Shown one piece after another: positions 1 through 7,183 of a DNA stretch of 64,000 bases. Under the pieces are notes generated by a model. The model worked only from the letters and a program-made list of their open reading frames with translations. It made no database searches and was not told where the DNA came from. A program made the translations under genes and the position numbers. The DNA comes from Candidatus Magasanikiibacteriota bacterium (GTDB taxonomy: Bacteria > Patescibacteriota > Patescibacteriia > Magasanikbacterales > GWA2-37-8), in assembly GCA_030650025.1 (NCBI GenBank), contig JAUSEN010000029.1, positions 287 to 64,286 on the forward strand, read 5' to 3'. Positions within the stretch are counted from its first letter, which is position 1. Every line of letters begins with the position of its first letter.

Positions 1-1
1 A

Positions 2-346
2 CGCGATCAGAATTTTTACAGCATTGAGTATTCTTGGCGTAAAGGCGAACATCCAACGCAGAGTAATTTTAATCCCGACTTCTTCCTGAAATTTGGCGAC
101 AATATCGTTGTTATTGAAATCAAAGCTGACGATGACGATTCGGACGAAAACAAAGCGAAGTTTCGTTGGGCAAAACAACATTTTGAAACGTTGAACGAAG
201 AATTGAAAAAGGATAAAATCAAACAGCGATACTTCTTCCATTTTTTGAGTCCGTCGAGCTATGCAGAATTTTCGGAATACGCGCTAGACGGCAGATTGTT
301 CAAGGGTGAGTTTCGTAGTTCGTTGGAAGATTTGCTCGACAAATAA
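2..346 (+). CDS. C-terminal fragment of a PD-(D/E)xK nuclease-domain protein, restriction-endonuclease-like. The 5' end lies outside the window.
   Basis: The frame is open from the window edge to TAA at 344-346. The translation ...NFNPDFFLKFGDNIVVIEIKADDDD... contains a PD-x(n)-E-x-K catalytic motif. It is absent from the ORF track because no start codon lies in the window. Confidence 0.4.
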   Translation, partial: RDQNFYSIEYSWRKGEHPTQSNFNPDFFLKFGDNIVVIEIKADDDDSDENKAKFRWAKQHFETLNEELKKDKIKQRYFFHFLSPSSYAEFSEYALDGRLFKGEFRSSLEDLLDK

Positions 347-788
347 TTGAATTGTCTGTTTTGATTTTAGAGCCCCGCCAAAAATCCCGCCCGAATTTCG
401 CCAAAAGAAAACAGTGGAGCAAATGGAAAATTCCTCCCCAAACCCCTCCTTTTCCATTTGCGACTTCCGAATTCAAAAACAAATCAGCCGAAGTTTTGGC
501 AAATCCTTTCCCCAAAAAATAGTTTTGCCAAAACTTCGTCCGCATTAGTCCCGCCACCTGCCCAGAAACTTCTAGGGCAGAACACCAAAGAAAAATGTCC
601 TTTCCATTTTCAAGAAAAATTTCACCCCCGCCAAATCAAAAAAGCAAGAGACATTTTTCTTTGGGGTTGCCGAGCGAAGCGAGGCAGTGGCGGAACGATA
701 CGAGCGTACAGGGCAGTTTCAAGCCACCACGCGCTCCGCGCGTGCGATTAGTCGGCATCAGGGTTGCTTTCAAAATACATTCGAACTT

Positions 789-796
789 TGTATAAT
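789..796 (+). promoter_or_regulatory. Extended -10 element (TGtATAAT) upstream of yidC
   Basis: tttgTATAATac lies 35 nt upstream of the ATG at 831. No good -35 sits at 17 bp spacing. Confidence 0.35.
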
Positions 797-830
797 ACAC
801 ACCGCTAGGCTTTTAATAAAAATCGTTTCT

Positions 831-1544
831 ATGTTTAACCTCATTTGGTCCGACTTCCTCTACCAGCCATTATTCAATGTTTTGATTTTTCTTTATAACA
901 CTATTGCCGGCCAAAATTTAGGCTGGGCCGTGGTGTGGTTAACAGTGCTACTGCGCGTGGCTTTATTGCCCCTTACTATTATTTCCGAATTTACCGAAGT
1001 ACGCCGCCAAAAAGCCGCCGTTGAGGCCGAGAAGGCAATTGTCGCCTATAAAAATGACCGCGTGGCCCAAAAAGAAATCGCGCGCAAAATCATGCGCAAG
1101 TATCACATTTCGCCGTGGGCCAAAGTTCTAATGCTTGGCATCCAGCTCTTGGTTTTAATTTTACTCTATCAGGTTTTTATTAGCGGCATCAGCGGCACGC
1201 GGATGGCTCGGACTTTATACCCAGGGGTGGACTACCCCGGCGCCATCAATGTTGATTTTTATGGTTTTAACATCGGCACCCCGCACGATATTTGGTGGAG
1301 CGGGATCTGCGCCATTTATTTGTTAGTATCTATTTATTTAGAACGGCGTAGCCGTCGCGGCTGGCAGCGCGCCGAGGTGTTTTATTGGATAAGTTTTCCG
1401 CTTTTCACTTTTGCCGCCCTCTGGTACCTGCCCATGGTAAAGTCGCTCTTTATTTTGACAACTATGGTGTTTTCTGATATAATCAGCCTTATAAGGAGCG
1501 CGATAAGATACGCCTTTAAGCCCGCCGCCGTTGCCAAGCATTAA
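831..1544 (+). CDS. yidC: Membrane protein insertase YidC/Oxa1 family (short form)
   Basis: MFNLIWSDFLYQPLFNVLIFLY...RKYHISPWAKVLMLGIQLLVLILLYQVF shows multiple TM segments with the YidC-type conserved core. The start was moved to the ATG at 831. The 687 start of the tracked ORF would add a non-hydrophobic N-extension overlapping a palindrome and the promoter. Confidence 0.7.
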   Translation: MFNLIWSDFLYQPLFNVLIFLYNTIAGQNLGWAVVWLTVLLRVALLPLTIISEFTEVRRQKAAVEAEKAIVAYKNDRVAQKEIARKIMRKYHISPWAKVLMLGIQLLVLILLYQVFISGISGTRMARTLYPGVDYPGAINVDFYGFNIGTPHDIWWSGICAIYLLVSIYLERRSRRGWQRAEVFYWISFPLFTFAALWYLPMVKSLFILTTMVFSDIISLIRSAIRYAFKPAAVAKH

Positions 1545-1561
1545 TTTTTCGCCATGTTATT

Positions 1562-2161
1562 ATGTCCACTGATTCTTTAGACAAAATAATGTATTCGTTC
1601 GTTGTGGACGATGTTCTCAAGGGTCTTTTTATTTATGTCCCGCCGGGTTATGTGGCTTGCGTCTATGATTTAGGCCGGGGCGTGCTTAAAAAAGTTTTAA
1701 CCCCCGGCCTCCACCTTAAAATTCCTTTTTGGCAAAAAGCCAAGCTGTTTAACGTCCAAACCCTCGAATATAGCATCTCGCGCCAGTTTAGCCTGGAGCA
1801 CGAACGGGCTCTTGGCGATATTCCCATTGCCGCGGTTACCCAAGAAGGCAAGCGCATCGGAATCGAGGGCACCATTCTCCTGCGCCTTGATATCCACCAG
1901 GTCCCGGCTATTTGGCAAACTATCGGCGAAGATTTTGTCGCCAAAATTGTTCGCCCGGCTATCCGGAGCCGCGTGCGCATGGTCTTTAGCCGTTTTAATT
2001 ATGCCGATATTGTGGGTGTCAGCCGCGCCGATGTTGAACACGAGCTCAAGAGCGAACTAGAACGCATTTTTTACTCCCGCGGTATTTTTGTAGAAAACGT
2101 CCTTTTAAGCGAAATCTCGCAGATTGCCGCCAGCGCTCCCCTCAAAGAAAAAGCCGAATAA
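1562..2161 (+). CDS. SPFH/band-7 (prohibitin/stomatin-like) domain protein
   Basis: An N-terminal hydrophobic segment is followed by ...PGYVACVYDLGRGVLKKVLTPGLHLKIPFWQKAKLFNVQT... and a C-terminal coiled region, typical of the SPFH fold. It sits immediately downstream of yidC. Confidence 0.55.
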   Translation: MSTDSLDKIMYSFVVDDVLKGLFIYVPPGYVACVYDLGRGVLKKVLTPGLHLKIPFWQKAKLFNVQTLEYSISRQFSLEHERALGDIPIAAVTQEGKRIGIEGTILLRLDIHQVPAIWQTIGEDFVAKIVRPAIRSRVRMVFSRFNYADIVGVSRADVEHELKSELERIFYSRGIFVENVLLSEISQIAASAPLKEKAE

Positions 2162-2179
2162 AATTGGTTTTCTTACCTC

Positions 2180-2208
2180 TTGACACCCATCTTCATCGTT
2201 GGTATATT
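2180..2208 (+). promoter_or_regulatory. Sigma-70-type promoter of hrcA: TTGACA, 17 bp spacer, TATATT
   Basis: TTGACA at 2180-2185, a 17-nt spacer (cccatcttcatcgttgg), then TATATT at 2203-2208. Confidence 0.6.
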
Positions 2209-2233
2209 ATCACTCATAAGTATAGAGTGATAA
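2207..2233 (+). promoter_or_regulatory. CIRCE-like HrcA operator: TTATCACTC, 9 nt spacer, GAGTGATAA
   Basis: A perfect 9-bp inverted repeat with a 9-nt spacer (ataagtata) overlaps the -10 and ends 2 nt before the hrcA ATG. It is a G-to-T variant of the canonical TTAGCACTC-N9-GAGTGCTAA. Confidence 0.7.
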
Positions 2234-2235
2234 CC

Positions 2236-2922
2236 ATGGAAACCAGGCAAGAACAATTACTCCAGCTGGTGATTGAAAACTATATTAAAACCGCCGAGCC
2301 GGTGGGTTCGCGTTTTTTAGTTACCGAAGCTGGTTTAGCGTGGAGCGAGGCCACGGTACGGAACGACCTGCGCGAACTCGAAGAGGCTGGTTATTTAACG
2401 CATCCGCACACTTCGGCCGGGCGCATCCCCACCACCAAAGGCTACCGCCATTATATTCAGAAACTTAATTTTTCCGGGCTGGAATTGCCCAAAAAAGAAT
2501 CCAGCGAATTGGAAAAAGCTTTTAAAGCCGAGGACGAATGGGAGGCGGCCTGCAAACAGCTCGCTAAAACAATGGTCGCGCTTTCTACTGAAACCGTGCT
2601 CCTCGCTTTTTCGTCCGAAAAAGTGTATTATACCGGCCTCGCGAGCTTGTTTCAAAAACCGGATTTTGGCGAGCAGAGCTTGGTGGTTGATGTGTCGGCT
2701 ATGTTTGACACGTTAGACGAAGTGTTGCCGGATTTTTTTAATATTGTTGCCGGTGAACCCAAGTATTTTTTGGGAGCGGAACACCCGTTTGGCGAAAAAC
2801 TAACGGTGCTCTCCACGCGTTTTGGGGAGGATGACCAGTCGCTTATCGCGCTCGTCGGCCCCCAGCGCATGGACTACAAGCACAATTGGGCTTTGCTAAA
2901 TAATATTTTGCAGTTTGTTTAG
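2236..2922 (+). CDS. hrcA: Heat-inducible transcription repressor HrcA (short form)
   Basis: METRQEQLLQLVIENYIKTAEPVGSRFLV is an HrcA-type N-terminal winged helix. The CIRCE operator lies immediately upstream and grpE/dnaK follow. The start is M25 of the tracked ORF. Confidence 0.75.
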   Translation: METRQEQLLQLVIENYIKTAEPVGSRFLVTEAGLAWSEATVRNDLRELEEAGYLTHPHTSAGRIPTTKGYRHYIQKLNFSGLELPKKESSELEKAFKAEDEWEAACKQLAKTMVALSTETVLLAFSSEKVYYTGLASLFQKPDFGEQSLVVDVSAMFDTLDEVLPDFFNIVAGEPKYFLGAEHPFGEKLTVLSTRFGEDDQSLIALVGPQRMDYKHNWALLNNILQFV

Positions 2923-2930
2923 AAATATTT

Positions 2931-3803
2931 ATGGACCAAGTGGAAAAAAAATACCCTATCATTGCCGTTGGCGCCCTCATTTATAATCAAGCGGGCAAGA
3001 TTCTTTTGGTGCGCGGGCCTAAGTTTGGCGATTTCTGGACAATCCCGGGCGGTAAAGTTGACCTTGGAGAAACTGTTGAACAGGCTCTGCGCCGCGAAAT
3101 TAAAGAAGAAATTAGCGTTGAAATTGGAAAGGTTGAGTTTGTGCAGTTTCAAGACGCGATCAATCCGCCCTCGTACCACGAACCCAAGCATTTTTTATTT
3201 ATAGACTTTCTCGCGGAATTAAAAAATGGCGAGCCGGCTGTTTCTAACGAAATTACGGAATTCATCTGGGTTGACGCCGCCACGGCGCGCCAAGATTTAA
3301 AAACTTCTCCGACTGTGGACAAATTGATTCAAGCCTATCTAGATAAAAGCAAACCAGCTGAAATTAAAAACGAAGATTATAAATTAAATTATCAGCGCGC
3401 CTTGGCGGATTATCAAAACTTAAAAAAAGAAACCGCCAGCCGCCGGGGGGAGTGGGCGCAATATTCCGAACAGATGATTCTGGAAGAATTTATTCCGGTG
3501 TATGATAATTTTAAAAAAGCCTATTGGCATAAACCCGAGATTGCGGGCGAGAGTGAGAAGCAATTTAAGCAGTGGGCGGACGGCATTGGTTTTATTCAAA
3601 AACAGTTTGGGGATATTTTAAAAGCGCACAATGTAATCGAAATAAAAACCGTGGGCGAAATGTTTGACCCTAAGTTTCACGAAACAGTTGGTGAAGACGC
3701 GGTGGAAGGCAAAACGCATGGCACAATCGTCAGAGAGGTGGAAGGAGGGTACACTATGGCTGGGCGGGTGATAAAAGTGGCGAAGGTGATTATTGCGAAA
3801 TGA
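2931..3803 (+). CDS. grpE: NUDIX hydrolase domain fused to nucleotide exchange factor GrpE
   Basis: Residues about 1-140 carry a Nudix box GGKVDLGETVEQALRREIKEEISV (GX5EX7REUXEEXGU). Residues about 150-290 form a GrpE coiled-coil (YQRALADYQNLKKE...IPVYDNFKKA) and a C-terminal beta domain (FDPKFHETVGED...GYTMAGRVIKVAKVII). It is a single uninterrupted frame. Confidence 0.7.
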   Translation: MDQVEKKYPIIAVGALIYNQAGKILLVRGPKFGDFWTIPGGKVDLGETVEQALRREIKEEISVEIGKVEFVQFQDAINPPSYHEPKHFLFIDFLAELKNGEPAVSNEITEFIWVDAATARQDLKTSPTVDKLIQAYLDKSKPAEIKNEDYKLNYQRALADYQNLKKETASRRGEWAQYSEQMILEEFIPVYDNFKKAYWHKPEIAGESEKQFKQWADGIGFIQKQFGDILKAHNVIEIKTVGEMFDPKFHETVGEDAVEGKTHGTIVREVEGGYTMAGRVIKVAKVIIAK

Positions 3804-3871
3804 TTTTTAGTTGTATGGAGTTCGATAAACACAACCCGCATCCATTTAAAAAATAATTATTTTAATTTTTT

Positions 3872-4540
3872 ATGCAAACCACTAAATATTATCACGTTAT
3901 TATCGCGCTTTTTAGCGTTTGTTTGGTCGTATCCAATATCATTGCCGTAAAAATTGGCAGTTTCCTGGGTTATTTCTTGCCTGTGGCGGTTATTTTATTC
4001 CCATTCACCTATATCTTGGGCGATGTTTTAACCGAAGTGTATGGCTACGCGGCCGCTCGCCGCGCTATTTGGACCGGCTTTTTCTGCAATTTAGTGGCGG
4101 TCATCGCCATTTGGTTGAGCATCAAAATTGTACCCGCGCCGTTTTTTGCCAATCAGCCCGCTTTTGCCGCTATTTTAGGGTTCACCCCGCGCTTACTAGT
4201 GGCTTCGTTTTTAGCTTACTTAGTTGGTCAGTTCGCTAATTCATATATTCTATCAAAATTAAAAATCAGAACCCAGGGTAAGCATCTGTGGGCGCGAACG
4301 GTTGGTTCTACTGTGGTTGGTGAAGGTTTGGACAGCCTGGTGTTCATTGTCCTGGCTTTTAGCGGTGTCTTGCCAAGTGTGGCTATCCCGACTTTGGTTT
4401 TAACGCAGTGGATTTTTAAAAGCGCGTTTGAAGTGGTGGCCACGCCATTTACCTATATTGTCGTGAATTATTTAAAACAGGCCGAAGGGTTAGATGTTTA
4501 CGATCATCAAACCAATTTTAATCCGGTGAAAATTAATTAA
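3872..4540 (+). CDS. Queuosine precursor transporter (YhhQ/DUF165 family)
   Basis: Polytopic membrane protein with ...VSNIIAVKIG...FPFTYILGDVLTEVYGY...RRAIWTGF..., the conserved YhhQ-family core. It sits immediately upstream of queF. Confidence 0.6.
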   Translation: MQTTKYYHVIIALFSVCLVVSNIIAVKIGSFLGYFLPVAVILFPFTYILGDVLTEVYGYAAARRAIWTGFFCNLVAVIAIWLSIKIVPAPFFANQPAFAAILGFTPRLLVASFLAYLVGQFANSYILSKLKIRTQGKHLWARTVGSTVVGEGLDSLVFIVLAFSGVLPSVAIPTLVLTQWIFKSAFEVVATPFTYIVVNYLKQAEGLDVYDHQTNFNPVKIN

Positions 4541-4578
4541 CAATGAACAAACAACAATTAACAAGTTGTTAATTTCTT

Positions 4579-4977
4579 ATGCCCACATCCAAACAGGACC
4601 TCTCGCAACTTACTGAACTTGGCAATAAAAAAGCCAAGCCCGCTCGCACGCTCGAAGCGTTTCCCAATCATGCCCCGGGCGATTTAGAGGTCAGTTTGCA
4701 TTGCAGAGAATTTACCTGCCGCTGCCCCTTAACGAACCAGCCAGATTATGCCACTATTGACATTGTGTATGTGCCAGATAAATTTGTAGTGGAGAGTAAG
4801 TCCCTGAAGCTGTATTTAGAAACCTATCGAGAAGAAGGCGTTTTTCACGAACATCTGGCCGTGGATATTGGCAGGGATTTCGTGAAGTTTATTAAACCCA
4901 AAAGCGTGAGCGTAAAAGTTAATTTTAATACGCGCGGCGGGATCGCGATCAGCGCGGAGTGGAAGAGTAAAAAGTAA
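4579..4977 (+). CDS. queF: NADPH-dependent 7-cyano-7-deazaguanine reductase QueF (unimodular type)
   Basis: The catalytic Cys lies in CPLTNQPDYA. The QueF motif E(S/L)K(S/A)hK(L/Y)(Y/F/W) is present as ESKSLKLYL. The length is about 130 aa. Confidence 0.8.
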   Translation: MPTSKQDLSQLTELGNKKAKPARTLEAFPNHAPGDLEVSLHCREFTCRCPLTNQPDYATIDIVYVPDKFVVESKSLKLYLETYREEGVFHEHLAVDIGRDFVKFIKPKSVSVKVNFNTRGGIAISAEWKSKK

Positions 4978-4987
4978 GCATATTACT

Positions 4988-5662
4988 ATGTCAGAGAGTA
5001 ATTTTCTTGCGAGGCATTGGAAAAAACTAGCGGCTGGTGTAGCGGCGCTCGGTATTACGGCGGGGGCTGTTGACATGAGCCGTTCACGGCGAAGCGAGGC
5101 AGACAGTGGTGATGCACAGGGCGAAGTCCACAAACCGGAAGTCCCCGACCAGGCAGCGAGAGATATGAAGGCGTTAGATAATGCAGGGCGTCTTCAAAAT
5201 GAGGAACGAGCCCGCGAACGGGACCAAGAAAAGATTGTAAATGTAAAAGCTGCGATTGACGCCATGTTTGCGCAATCACCGGTGGATAATACTCCGCATT
5301 ACGAAACACAAGAATTAAGTATAGCCGAGTTGAGGGCCGAAGGTTTAGAAGATTTTGCAAAAGTTGTAAATGAAGTGCCGAGTTTAAAAATTTTTGACGA
5401 CAGCATAGATGGGCCTGCTGTAACTTATTTAGATGATCAAGGTGGGCGATTTAAATTAGCGAATATTATGGTCGAAGACGATGGCAGTTTTACTCTAGAT
5501 GGCGGAAAATTTAACCGGGGACTTGCTGCGCAAATAAATGTGGATAGTTTAGATGGATTAAAATCTGTTTTGGAGGGAGTAAAAAGAAATTTTGTAACTG
5601 GCAGTTTAGAAGACGAGCAATATGATAGGGAACAAGAAAAATTAAGGAAATTACGTCAATAA
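4988..5662 (+). CDS. Hypothetical membrane-anchored acidic protein (module A, partner of a NYN protein)
   Basis: N-terminal hydrophobic anchor KKLAAGVAALGITAGAV, then a D/E/K/R-rich low-complexity body. It is a divergent paralog of the 6321-6962 ORF (anchors are similar; ARDMKALD...EERARERDQE vs PKDMREADA...EDKARGERAGE). Confidence 0.45.
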   Translation: MSESNFLARHWKKLAAGVAALGITAGAVDMSRSRRSEADSGDAQGEVHKPEVPDQAARDMKALDNAGRLQNEERARERDQEKIVNVKAAIDAMFAQSPVDNTPHYETQELSIAELRAEGLEDFAKVVNEVPSLKIFDDSIDGPAVTYLDDQGGRFKLANIMVEDDGSFTLDGGKFNRGLAAQINVDSLDGLKSVLEGVKRNFVTGSLEDEQYDREQEKLRKLRQ

Positions 5663-5702
5663 TAGTAATGAGTATAAAAAAGTGGAGTGATAAGAAATAA
5701 TT

Positions 5703-6209
5703 ATGATAGCGAGCCGAAAAAACAATTACGCGTTTATTGATAGCCAAAATTTAAACTTAAGCGTTCGGTCGCTTGGGTGGAAGTTAAATTTTGGCAGTTT
5801 TCGCGTTTATTTGCGTGAAAAATATTCTATTCAGCAAGCGTACCTATTTATTGGTTATCTACCAGGAAATCAGCATCTTTATACCGCCTTACAGATGGCC
5901 GGCTATATTTGTGTTTTTAAACCAACCTTAGAGCTACCAGACGGTACTGTAAAAGGCAATGTTGATGCCGAGTTGGTCCTTCACACCATGATACAATACA
6001 ATAATTTTGATAAAGCCCTGCTCGTTTCCGGCGATGGTGATTTCTTTTGTCTGGCGCAGTATTTGTTGGAACAAGATAAGTTGCTTAAAGTGTTAATTCC
6101 TAACCAGGCGCGATATTCAGGGTTGTTAAAACGCTTAAGTACACAACAAAATAACGTTTTTGATTTCATAAGTGAACTCCGGGTAAGGCTGGAATATCGT
6201 CCAAAATGA
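5703..6209 (+). CDS. NYN-domain (PIN-like RNase, LabA/NYN family) protein, module A
   Basis: AFIDSQNLNLS...KGNVDAELVLHTM...KALLVSGDGDFFCLAQYL carries the NYN acidic catalytic residues in the canonical order. Confidence 0.6.
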   Translation: MIASRKNNYAFIDSQNLNLSVRSLGWKLNFGSFRVYLREKYSIQQAYLFIGYLPGNQHLYTALQMAGYICVFKPTLELPDGTVKGNVDAELVLHTMIQYNNFDKALLVSGDGDFFCLAQYLLEQDKLLKVLIPNQARYSGLLKRLSTQQNNVFDFISELRVRLEYRPK

Positions 6210-6320
6210 AAAAGGCTCCAAGCGGTACAAAACCCGCTAAGAACCTAGATCGTCGTGATAAAACTAGTATAACATACTATATTAATTTGTCAAGGCCGGG
6301 CGCGAATAAACCTCAAAACT

Positions 6321-6962
6321 ATGTTGGAAGGCAAGAAAAAATGGATTGCTGCGGCGGTCGGCCTGGCCGGTTTAGTTGGCGTTGAAGCCGGCAGACGAGC
6401 CGAAAAAAAGACCCCGCCAAGAGTAACGGACGAATCAGCCGATGTAGCGAAGCGTCCCAAAGATATGCGCGAAGCAGATGCCATTGCCGAGGCACGGCGA
6501 GTGTTGGATGAAGATAAGGCCAGAGGAGAAAGGGCTGGAGAAAATTACCAAGAAGACTATGAGCAATATTGGCTTGAGAATATGGAAGCGAAGTTTGATG
6601 TGGCACACGCAGAATATCCAATTTTGTATAAAATATTAGAAAAAAGTCCCTATGATTTTACCAAAGACACTCTTTTTGCTGACCCACCACCCAGGTTGTA
6701 TTTATGGAAAAAAGTTGGCGAATTTGAGGGCACGCCACGAGCACTGGAAGGAGTTTTTGTTTTACGAAATGCAGATGGCACCTTGGGGTATGAGATAATT
6801 CCTCAAAATAATCTTTACAAACCAGACGGTCAGCATGTGATATTCACCGCAGAGCAGCTTTTACAGGAGCTTCAAGCAAGAGAATCTGTTGAAAGTCAAC
6901 TAGTTGAAGATAGGGGTAGCACTGATGAGCGCGAGGCTAGCGAAGAAAATAAAGAAGAATAA
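6321..6962 (+). CDS. Hypothetical membrane-anchored acidic protein (module B, paralog of 4988-5662)
   Basis: N-terminal anchor KKKWIAAAVGLAGLVGVEAG, then a charged, E-rich body with an acidic C-terminal tail. It has the same architecture and partial sequence similarity to module A. Confidence 0.45.
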   Translation: MLEGKKKWIAAAVGLAGLVGVEAGRRAEKKTPPRVTDESADVAKRPKDMREADAIAEARRVLDEDKARGERAGENYQEDYEQYWLENMEAKFDVAHAEYPILYKILEKSPYDFTKDTLFADPPPRLYLWKKVGEFEGTPRALEGVFVLRNADGTLGYEIIPQNNLYKPDGQHVIFTAEQLLQELQARESVESQLVEDRGSTDEREASEENKEE

Positions 6963-7001
6963 AATTTTTTAGGCATTTTTTATAAATTTATTTACACACT
7001 A

Positions 7002-7127
7002 TGTCCAAAGTTCTCGGAATCGATCTCGGCACCGCTAACTCCTGCATGGCCATTATCGAAGGCGTTGTGGCAATTAATTATACACTTGACAACGTTATGG
7101 CGACGTGTTATATTAGTAGTAACTAAA
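7002..7127 (+). pseudogene. Relic of the dnaK 5' end (first 21 codons conserved, then unrelated sequence to a stop)
   Basis: atgtccaaagttctcggaatcgatctcggcaccgctaactcctgcatggccattatcgaaggc encodes [21 protein letters not shown], versus [21 protein letters not shown] for the resident DnaK at 7882. Many synonymous third-position differences are GC-richer. Similarity ends after codon 21 and a stop falls at 7125-7127. Confidence 0.7.
7086..7114 (+). promoter_or_regulatory. Sigma-70-type promoter: TTGACA, 17 bp spacer, TATATT, inside the dnaK relic and upstream of NYN gene B
   Basis: TTGACA at 7086-7091, a 17-nt spacer (acgttatggcgacgtgt), then TATATT at 7109-7114. Confidence 0.45.
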
Positions 7128-7170
7128 ACCACCCACCCTGCCCCGTAAGGGGCCCGGTGGGGTTTTATTT
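7127..7170 (+). terminator. GC-rich stem-loop with a GNRA tetraloop followed by a T-run (terminator-like or 5'-leader structure)
   Basis: GCCCC-GTAA-GGGGC sits at 7140-7153 with extended pairing (ccaccc.../...ggtggg), followed by ttttatttt at 7162-7170. It lies between the promoter at 7086 and the NYN-B ATG at 7184. Confidence 0.4.
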
Positions 7171-7183
7171 TAGAGCAAGTTTT

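Noticed and set aside
674-687. An exact 14-mer, GCGAAGCGAGGCAG, occurs at 674-687 and again at 5089-5102, with a similar GGCGAGGCGAAGC at 7826-7838. I considered a dispersed small repeat family.
   Set aside because: In 64 kb several exact 14-mer coincidences are expected by chance (about 2x10^9 pairs against 2.7x10^8 possible 14-mers). The flanks do not align and one copy lies inside a coding region. It is not significant without genome-wide enrichment.
300-795. Tracked ORFs 300-557(-), 458-751(+) and 595-795(+) lie in the region upstream of yidC.
   Set aside because: They mutually overlap and encode low-complexity, compositionally biased peptides. They lie in a strand-asymmetric C-rich tract, so they are most likely non-coding.
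687-830. The long N-terminal extension of the yidC ORF starting at 687.
   Set aside because: The extension is non-hydrophobic and spans the GC palindrome and the -10 element. The internal ATG at 831 begins exactly at the first conserved or TM segment, so 831 was preferred.
7157-7183. An alternative GTG start at 7157 for the NYN-B gene (used in the ORF track).
   Set aside because: It lies inside the GC hairpin and T-run and adds MGFYFRASF, an unlikely N-terminus. The ATG at 7184 begins the conserved NYN N-terminus.
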